Source of the DNA: Planctomycetota bacterium | GTDB taxonomy: Bacteria; Planctomycetota; MHYJ01; WSZJ01 | DNA length: 64,000 nucleotides | NCBI GenBank assembly: GCA_038060895.1 | Contig: JBBTCT010000009.1 | Span: 272,082 to 336,081, forward strand | Reading direction: 5' to 3' | Shown: piece by piece, positions 57,397-64,000 of the stretch | Numbering within the stretch: position 1 is the first letter of the stretch | How the letters are laid out: each line of letters starts with the position of its first letter | Position numbers and translations under genes: made by a program | Notes under the pieces: generated by a model | The model's input: only the letters and a program-made list of their open reading frames with translations | Database searches by the model: none | What the model was told of the DNA's origin: nothing

Positions 57397-58422
57397 ATGG
57401 CCGCCCCCCCTTTCCCCCGAATCCCCCTGCGTTTCCGGGAGATCCTGGTCGAGAAGCCCTGGGGCGGACGCCGGCTTGCTGCAGCGTTGGGAAAACCGCT
57501 TCCTGCCAAAAAAAACATCGGTGAGTCCTGGGAAGTCGCCTGCCGCGAAGGCGCGGTTTCCGTGGTGGCCGACGGGCCGTTCAAGGGCAAGTCTCTTCGT
57601 GCCCTGCTGGAGAAGTTTCCCGTCGAAATCCTCGGCCGCGACATCGCCGGAGGGTGGCGCGGGAACTTCCCTCTTCTCGTGAAGATAATCGACGTCGCGT
57701 CCCCGATGTCCATCCAGGTCCACCCGAGCGACGAATTCGCGGCGATTGCGGAGGGAGAAGGCGTCCCCGGCAAGATCGAGGCCTGGATCGTGCTCGCCAC
57801 CGGGCCAAAGGCGCGGCTGTACAAGGGGCTGGTTCCCGGGATGACCCGCGAAAAGTTCTCCGCGGCCCTGGCCAAAGGAGAAGCCGGCAGTTGCATGAAC
57901 GTTTTCCCGCTCTCGGAAGGGGACATCATCCTGATGCCGCCCGGGACCGTTCACGCCGCGGAAGACGTGACGTTCGCCGAATTCCAGCAGAACTCCGACA
58001 CGACTTATCGCCTGTGGGACTGGGGGAGAGGCGGAAGATCGCTTCAGCTCGAGAAGGGTCTCTCGGCGATCGACTGGCACACGACCGGGCTGGCGAAGTG
58101 CAAGTCGGCGGAAGTGCGGGAGAATCTGCGGACGTACGAGATGATGAAAGTGAAGCGCGGAACCGGGAAGGGCAAGAGGGAAGTGCTGGTCTGGTGCGGT
58201 CGGTTCGTCCTCGAGTCGCTCACGCTTGCCGGGAAGGCTTCCTGGTCCGGGGACCCGACGCGGTTTTACGTCTTCATGGCGGTGGAGGGGCAGGGGGAGT
58301 TCGTCGTCGCCGGAAAGTCGCACAAGTGGAAGAAAGGGCAGACGTTCCTGATGCCTGCGGCGCTCGGGGAATACGAAATCAAGACTCGCGGCGGGAGGCT
58401 CCTCTGGTGCTACGTTCCGTGA
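57397..58422 (+). CDS. manA: Mannose-6-phosphate isomerase, type I (cupin)
   Basis: KPWGGRRL, IGESWE, FPLLVKIID, SIQVHP, GKIEAW, PGTVHA, EFQQNSDTTYRLWDW. Confidence 0.88.
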   Translation: MAAPPFPRIPLRFREILVEKPWGGRRLAAALGKPLPAKKNIGESWEVACREGAVSVVADGPFKGKSLRALLEKFPVEILGRDIAGGWRGNFPLLVKIIDVASPMSIQVHPSDEFAAIAEGEGVPGKIEAWIVLATGPKARLYKGLVPGMTREKFSAALAKGEAGSCMNVFPLSEGDIILMPPGTVHAAEDVTFAEFQQNSDTTYRLWDWGRGGRSLQLEKGLSAIDWHTTGLAKCKSAEVRENLRTYEMMKVKRGTGKGKREVLVWCGRFVLESLTLAGKASWSGDPTRFYVFMAVEGQGEFVVAGKSHKWKKGQTFLMPAALGEYEIKTRGGRLLWCYVP

Positions 58423-59594
58423 ACCTTCGCGCGTGCTGCGCGGCTTCGTTTCCCGGGGCGCTGGACTTCGCCCGCCGCCTCGTGCGGACTCCTTCGATGC
58501 CCGGCGAAGAGAAAGCGATGGCGCGGCTCGTGGCACGGGAGATGACGGATCTCGGGTATGACTCGGTGGAGCAGGATCGCGCGGGAAACGTCGTGGGGAC
58601 GATTCGCGGAGGGGGAGGGCCGGTCCTGATGCTCAACGGGCACATGGACCACGTGTCGCCGGGCGAGGACAAGGCGTGGCGGCGAGGGGGACCGTTTTCG
58701 GGCGCCATCGACGGCGGGAGGTTGTGGGGGCGCGGCGCGACGGACATGAAGGGCGCGCTCGCCATGATGGTGTACGCCGGGGGCGCGTTGAAGCGGTGCG
58801 GCGTGATACCGGACGGAGACGTCGTCGTGGCAGCCGTGGTGATGGAGGAGACGGGTGGTTTGGGGACGCGGTTCCTGCTGCGCAAGGGACGCAGGCCCGA
58901 CCTGTGCGTGATCGGAGAGCCGACGGATGGGCAGGTGCGGATCGGGCATCGGGGGCGCATGGCCGTGTGGGTCACGTTCCGGGGCAAGGCGGGGCATGCT
59001 TCGATGCCCAGGCTTGCGAGGAACCCGAACTACGCCGCTGCGCGCTTCCTCGCTAAACTGGAAAAGGCCGTGGCGAAGCTGCCCGTGCACGCGCTTCTCG
59101 GTCCCTCCACGATTGCCCCGACCCTGGTGCAGGTGGACGCAACTTCTTCCAACGTGATCCCGGGAGTGACGAAGGTGTTCCTGGACTGGAGGACGACGGT
59201 GGAGTGCCCCGCGGATGCCGGGCGCTGGCTCAAAAAAAACATCGGTGGATTCTTCGAGGTCGATCTTCCCTCGAAGGACTATCGTTCCTGGACCGGCTAC
59301 GAGGAAAGGGGAGTCTCGACAACGCAGGCGGGGTTTGAGACGGAGCGGGGGCATGCGCTGGTCCATCGCGTGTCCGCGGCGGTCCGGGCCTCAACGGGAC
59401 GCTCCCCGCGCGTCGGCATCTGGAAGTTCGCAACGGACGGGCGCTTGACGAGTGCGGCAGGGATCCCCACCGTGGGGTATTCTCCAGCAGAGGAAGCGGG
59501 ATGCCACGTGACGGACGAGTCGGTGGAAGTGAAGAAACTGAGGTCGGGCCTGGAGGCGTACGCACGGATGGCGGCGTTCACGCAAGAGTCATGA
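58419..59594 (+). CDS. M20/ArgE-DapE family metallohydrolase (YgeY-like)
   Basis: NGHMDHV, GRGATDMKG, MEE, GEPT, GHRGR, GHAS, NVIP, SWTG, WKFATDG, GIPTVG; GTG overlaps the previous stop. Confidence 0.85.
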   Translation: MNLRACCAASFPGALDFARRLVRTPSMPGEEKAMARLVAREMTDLGYDSVEQDRAGNVVGTIRGGGGPVLMLNGHMDHVSPGEDKAWRRGGPFSGAIDGGRLWGRGATDMKGALAMMVYAGGALKRCGVIPDGDVVVAAVVMEETGGLGTRFLLRKGRRPDLCVIGEPTDGQVRIGHRGRMAVWVTFRGKAGHASMPRLARNPNYAAARFLAKLEKAVAKLPVHALLGPSTIAPTLVQVDATSSNVIPGVTKVFLDWRTTVECPADAGRWLKKNIGGFFEVDLPSKDYRSWTGYEERGVSTTQAGFETERGHALVHRVSAAVRASTGRSPRVGIWKFATDGRLTSAAGIPTVGYSPAEEAGCHVTDESVEVKKLRSGLEAYARMAAFTQES

Positions 59595-59655
59595 AGCGAT
59601 TTCCCGGCTTTCACCTCCTGTTGGCGAGAATTGCCGGCTTCATTCGGAATTCACC

Positions 59656-60252
59656 ATGATTCGCCCGTCCGAAATCACCTGGCGCAACGGCCTGATCATC
59701 CCGATCGGCGTGGGTTGGCTCGCCATTGCGCGGCCGGAGAAACTTCCGCCGTGGGTGCTTGCCCTCGGCGCCGGCCTGACGGTCGCCGGGCTTGCCATGC
59801 GTCTCTGGAGCGCCGGCTGTCTCATCAAGAACGACAAGCTCTCGACCGGCGGCCCGTACCGCTTTCTTCGCGACCCCATGTACTTCGGCTCGATGCTGTG
59901 CGTCACGGGCCTGCTCACCGCAGCCGGGAATTTCGGAATGCTTGTCGCGTTCCACGTCGTCTTTCACCTCTTCGTGATGCCCCGCAAACAGCGGCAGGAA
60001 GGGCAGCGGCTCCTGCGGCGCTTCGGCACCGATTACGCCAACTACGTCGTCTCGGTGAGCAGCCTGGTTCCGCGCCTGGTGCCCTATGACTCAAAGGAAC
60101 CGACCGAGTTCGATTTCAAGCATGCGCTGGTGCGGAACCACGAGTGGGGGATCTGGATGCTCGTGCTGGCCGTCGGCGCAGTGCTCGCGGCGAAGGCGGC
60201 CGGACTGACGCCTTGGCTGAAGCTGCCCTGGCAGGCGCCCTGGTGGCTATAG
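59656..60252 (+). CDS. Isoprenylcysteine carboxyl/phospholipid methyltransferase family membrane protein
   Basis: LSTGGPYRFLRDPMYFGS, LLRRFGTDYANY. Confidence 0.8.
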   Translation: MIRPSEITWRNGLIIPIGVGWLAIARPEKLPPWVLALGAGLTVAGLAMRLWSAGCLIKNDKLSTGGPYRFLRDPMYFGSMLCVTGLLTAAGNFGMLVAFHVVFHLFVMPRKQRQEGQRLLRRFGTDYANYVVSVSSLVPRLVPYDSKEPTEFDFKHALVRNHEWGIWMLVLAVGAVLAAKAAGLTPWLKLPWQAPWWL

Positions 60253-60256
60253 GGCT

Positions 60257-60372
60257 CAGAGCGTGAACAAAATCCGGCGGATCAGGCTGCGTCGGCCCAG
60301 CCATCACTATTCGCAGGGTTCTTATTTTTCGGGCCGACTCCGCCCGACCCGCCAGATTTTGTTCACGCCCTG
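60257..60372. repeat. 116-bp imperfect palindrome (42-bp arms, 32-nt spacer); MITE/REP-like or structured RNA
   Basis: 60257-60298 matches the reverse complement of 60331-60372 at 36 of 42 positions. Confidence 0.8.
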
Positions 60373-60420
60373 CGGAAAAGGACAATGACTTGATCAGCGC
60401 GGACCGCCCGGCCCGTCCCA

Positions 60421-61683
60421 TCAGGATGTCGGAAGCGCCGCGCGGTCCTTCATGGCGGCGCGCCACGCTCCCAGCGTCGCCGCGAGGCACGCGAACATTG
60501 GCAGGCCGATCGCTCGCGTCCAGGGATGGACGATTCCAAGCTCGAGCAGGACCGTTGTGAAGAGCCACCTGCGGAATTCCGGGTCCTGGCGGCGGTCTAG
60601 CAGGCAGACCACCGACGGAAGGATCACCGCGAGGTGAAATGTCCACGCGACCGGCGAGACGAAGGTTGTGACGGCGCAGAGCAGCCCTGCCTCGGGAAGC
60701 GACATGGCTTCACCGTTGCGGCGAGCCAGGAATGCCAGGAGGCACAGGATGGCGAGCGGCAGCTGAAGCGCGCGGACGATCCATGCGACCGTCCCCGGCG
60801 ACAGATTCGTGAGATTGACCTGGAAGGGCTTGCTGCTCTTCCCGGCATTCACATCCATGAAGACCCGTGCGGCCCATGCGTGGAGCGACTGGTTGTTGTA
60901 CCGGACGGACTCGCGGAGTTCGAAGAACCTGGAGCCGGTTGTGGAAGCGCTTTCGCTGAGCCACCGTTCGTGAAGTTCCCGGGACCTCGAGGCTCCCCAG
61001 ACCGGGACGGCCAGCGCGCAGAGAAGTACGAAGGCCGCGGCGCAGGCGGCGGCGGCGGCCCAGCGCCTCTTCATGAGGAAGTACACCCCGACGATTGCCG
61101 GCGTGACCTTGATTGCCGCCGCGAGACCGGCCAGCGCCCCCCCGATCCACGGCCTCGTCCGGGCGAGGTCGACAGCCGCCAGCGAGAGCGCAAGTGTCAC
61201 GATGCCGATCTGGCCCATCGTGAATGCATCCGCCCAGAATACCGCGGTCGCAATCAGGACTGCGAGGGCGTCCCCGGAATCGAGCGGCCGCTCGCGGCCC
61301 GAAAGCCGGAAGGCGCACTTCAGTGAGAAGAGCAGCGCGGCGAACGAAAAGCAGTGCCAGAGGAGACAGGAGGCGTCCATCGGGAGGAGAGCGAAGGGAG
61401 CCATGAGGATGCCGAAGAACGGCAAGTAGCGAGTTACTGCCGAGTCCGTCTCCAGGTCATCCAGCTTGACCGGCCCGGTTTTGCGAAGTCCGGGGAACAT
61501 CAGCCGGTCGGCTTCCGGGCCCGGGATCCGCTCGTAGGGATCATGCCCGTCCAGGACGGCGCGGCCCGCGCGCCAGAATCCGTCATAGTCGGTCTTGAGG
61601 GTGTAGACGCGGCGGACGGACTGGAAAGCGGTGAAGAGGAAAAGGAGAGCGTACGCTGCGACGAAGGCGCGGCGCGAAGTCAT
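60421..61683 (-). CDS. Glycosyltransferase family 87 (GT-C) membrane protein
   Basis: TDYDGFWRAG...DPY, YLPFFGILMAPF, GQIG, AAAIKVTP, NQSL, SPVAWTFH. Confidence 0.82.
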   Translation of the reverse strand: MTSRRAFVAAYALLFLFTAFQSVRRVYTLKTDYDGFWRAGRAVLDGHDPYERIPGPEADRLMFPGLRKTGPVKLDDLETDSAVTRYLPFFGILMAPFALLPMDASCLLWHCFSFAALLFSLKCAFRLSGRERPLDSGDALAVLIATAVFWADAFTMGQIGIVTLALSLAAVDLARTRPWIGGALAGLAAAIKVTPAIVGVYFLMKRRWAAAAACAAAFVLLCALAVPVWGASRSRELHERWLSESASTTGSRFFELRESVRYNNQSLHAWAARVFMDVNAGKSSKPFQVNLTNLSPGTVAWIVRALQLPLAILCLLAFLARRNGEAMSLPEAGLLCAVTTFVSPVAWTFHLAVILPSVVCLLDRRQDPEFRRWLFTTVLLELGIVHPWTRAIGLPMFACLAATLGAWRAAMKDRAALPTS

Positions 61684-64000
61684 CGGGTGTCCTCGCAGCA
61701 TTCCGCGGTGTGCTCCCGCATCAGCCTGAGCCCGTTGAAAATCACAAGGAGGGAGACGCCGACGTCCGCGACGACGGCCATCCAGAGGTTGGCGAGGCCT
61801 GCGGAGGCGAGGACGAGGAACGCGGCTTTGAACGCGACCGACAGCACAATGTTCTGTGCGATGACGCGAGTCGCCAGGCGGCCGAGGCGGACGGCAAAGG
61901 GGAGCTGGCGCAGGTCGGGGGACATGAGGGCAACGTCGGCGGCCTCGAGGGCGACATCGGAGCCGGCGGCGCCCATGGCGATGCCCACGTCGGAGGCGGC
62001 GAGCGCCGGGGCGTCGTTTACCCCGTCGCCGACCATGGCCAGACGGCCATGAAGCGCGCGAAGCGCGGCGACGGCTGCCAGCTTGTCCTGCGGAAGGAGG
62101 CCCGAGCGAATCTCGTCCAGGCCGAGCGATGAGGAGGCGGCGCGCGCCGCCGCTTCGGAGTCACCGGTCAGCATCGAAACGCTGGTGATTCCCGCGCTGC
62201 GCAGTCCGCGGATGGCCGCTGAGGCGTGGTCGCGGACCCTGTCTGCGAACGCCAGGACTCCGACGGGGCCTTCGGAAGTGGCGAGCACGGCGCACGTACG
62301 GCCTTCGGCCTCGAATCGCGCGACTGCGGCCTCCGCCGGACCGGCCGGGAATCCCTTTTCCCGCAACAACCTGAGCGAGCCGAACAGGTGCTCGACGCCG
62401 CCGATGTCAACGCGGGCGCCGAGCCCCGGGATTGCCTCGTAGAGTTTGGCGCCTTCAGGGCGGATTTCCTCGCCGTGGGCGCGGGCGACGACGGCTTTCG
62501 AAAGCGGGTGCTCCCCGGCGAGCGCGGCGACCGCAGCGCGGCGCAGCAACTCCTCTTCGGAGACGCCGAACGCCACTACCGCCGAAACTTCGAACGCGCC
62601 TTCCGTCAGTGTGCCCGTCTTGTCAAACGCGACGGCTCGCACGCGGCCGAGCGCTTCGAGCGCGGCGCCGCCCTTGAAGAGAACCCCGCGGCGCGACGCG
62701 GAGGAGATGGCGGCAAGGATCGTGACGGGCGTGGAAAGGATGAGGGCGCACGGACACGAGACGACGAGAAGAGTGAGCGCGCGGCCGAGCCACGGGGTCC
62801 ACGCGGCGCCGAGGGCCAGGGGGGGGATGACGGCGACGCCTGCTGCGAGCAGGAAGACGACGGGCGTGTAGACGCGCGCGAAGCGGTCCACGAAGCGCTG
62901 CGACGGCGCTCGGCGGGACTGGGCCTTCTCGACGAGATCGACGATGCGGTTGACGGTCGCGTCGGCGACCGCGCGCGTGACGCGGATCTCCAGCGCGCCG
63001 CGGCCGTTCAAGGTCCCGGCGTAGACAGCGGATCCCTGCGACTTCTCGACGGGCGCCGCCTCTCCCGTGATGAACGCTTCGCTCACGGACGATTCGCCCG
63101 TGGCGACAAGCCCATCGGCGGGGAAGCGTTCGCCGGGCCTGACAAAGACGATCATGCCGGGGGTGAGTTCTCCGACGGGGATGCGTTCCTCGCGCCCGTC
63201 GCGCCGGACCGTCGCATCGCGCGGAGCGAGTTCGACCAGTGCGCGGATGGCTTCGCGTGCGCGCCCGAACGTCAGGGCTTCCAGCAGGGTTCCGACGGAG
63301 AACAGGAACATGGCGGTTGCGGCTTCCGCCCAGTCCCCGAGTGCCGCAGCTCCTGCGCAGGCCGTGCTCATGAGGAGGAACATGTCGAAGGACCGGGACT
63401 TCCATGCCATTCGCAGGCCCCGGACCATTGCCGGGAGGCCGCAGAGCGCGAGGGAGGCGGCGAAGCAAGCGACGGATGCGGAGGGGAAGCGGGTCCACTG
63501 GAAGGCGAAGCCCGCGGCCAGGGGAGCGGCGGCGAGCGCCGGGGGAAGGACGGCGGAGCGTGGGAGGCGGGGCGCGGTGGCCGCCCTGCCGGCCTCAGCG
63601 CGGCCGGGCGGGCGGTCGGAAACGCCGTAGCCAAGCCGGCGGATCTCCTCGGCTACGCGCGGGCCCGCGTCGCGCTCCGCGTCCGCCACGAGCCGGCCGG
63701 CCCCGAAATCGACCTCAGCCCAGGCGACACCCTGCACGCGCATGACCGCCTTCGAGATGCCGACGCCGCACCCAGGGCAGTCCATTCCGCTCACGTACCA
63801 CGTCCCGTGCCACGCCTTCTCGGCGATCGCCCGGGCAACCGATCGGGCTTCCTCCGAAAGCCGCTCGCGCGTCCAGGCGGATTCGTCGAACTCCACCGCC
63901 AGCGCCTCGGCATCCGCGTCGACCCGTGCCTCGCGGACGCCGGGAAGCGTCCGAATCGAGGCGACGAGCTCGCCCTCGCAGCGTCCGCAGCGGGAAGCGA
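61680..64000 (-). CDS. Heavy-metal P1B-type ATPase, Zn/Cd/Pb class (5' truncated)
   Basis: HMA GMDCPGC plus a second CGRC at the window edge; TGE, SCPCAL, DKTGT, HP, GDGVNDAP; the TM Lys (AFKA) and Asp (ADVG) indicate P1B-2. Confidence 0.92.
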   Translation of the reverse strand, partial: ASRCGRCEGELVASIRTLPGVREARVDADAEALAVEFDESAWTRERLSEEARSVARAIAEKAWHGTWYVSGMDCPGCGVGISKAVMRVQGVAWAEVDFGAGRLVADAERDAGPRVAEEIRRLGYGVSDRPPGRAEAGRAATAPRLPRSAVLPPALAAAPLAAGFAFQWTRFPSASVACFAASLALCGLPAMVRGLRMAWKSRSFDMFLLMSTACAGAAALGDWAEAATAMFLFSVGTLLEALTFGRAREAIRALVELAPRDATVRRDGREERIPVGELTPGMIVFVRPGERFPADGLVATGESSVSEAFITGEAAPVEKSQGSAVYAGTLNGRGALEIRVTRAVADATVNRIVDLVEKAQSRRAPSQRFVDRFARVYTPVVFLLAAGVAVIPPLALGAAWTPWLGRALTLLVVSCPCALILSTPVTILAAISSASRRGVLFKGGAALEALGRVRAVAFDKTGTLTEGAFEVSAVVAFGVSEEELLRRAAVAALAGEHPLSKAVVARAHGEEIRPEGAKLYEAIPGLGARVDIGGVEHLFGSLRLLREKGFPAGPAEAAVARFEAEGRTCAVLATSEGPVGVLAFADRVRDHASAAIRGLRSAGITSVSMLTGDSEAAARAASSSLGLDEIRSGLLPQDKLAAVAALRALHGRLAMVGDGVNDAPALAASDVGIAMGAAGSDVALEAADVALMSPDLRQLPFAVRLGRLATRVIAQNIVLSVAFKAAFLVLASAGLANLWMAVVADVGVSLLVIFNGLRLMREHTAECCEDTR

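Noticed and set aside
1-64000. Genome-wide UGA reassignment (Trp/Gly) as the explanation for the in-frame TGAs
   Set aside because: Many genes clearly end in TGA, often in ATGA/GTGA coupling overlaps (16285-16288, 28586-28589, 35468-35471, 58419-58422), and Trp is encoded by TGG throughout. Read-through is site-specific.

Overview
High-GC bacterial chromosomal window. The gene repertoire (HEAT/vWA proteins, prenyltransferase/squalene-oxidase-repeat proteins, Ser/Thr kinase, long coiled-coil exported proteins, zinc-finger/FecR anti-sigma) suggests Planctomycetota, which is an inference. It holds about 55 CDSs: a full pstSCAB1B2-phoU-phoB-phoR cluster, two ABC exporter operons, rsmH, thiI, clpS, a galK-like kinase, an aquaporin and a P1B ATPase. 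I saw no rRNA, tRNA, CRISPR or transposase. The main hidden signal is three genes that the ORF track splits or truncates at an in-frame TGA (23686-23688 minus, 42941-42943 minus, 53997-53999 plus). In each the frame stays open after TGA, the TGA lies next to a Cys, a SECIS-like hairpin follows, and the protein has a signal peptide. They are therefore probably exported selenoproteins. One is a TGA-containing duplicate of a Cys-free, apparently non-redox neighbour and may be an undescribed selenoprotein family. Other highlights are two PstB ATPases with complementary motif degeneration (predicting one dead and one live ATP site), three tandem pseudo-receiver/cNMP/DUF4388 paralogs, and a 116-bp palindromic element. 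All family calls come from reading motifs by eye; no database search was run.
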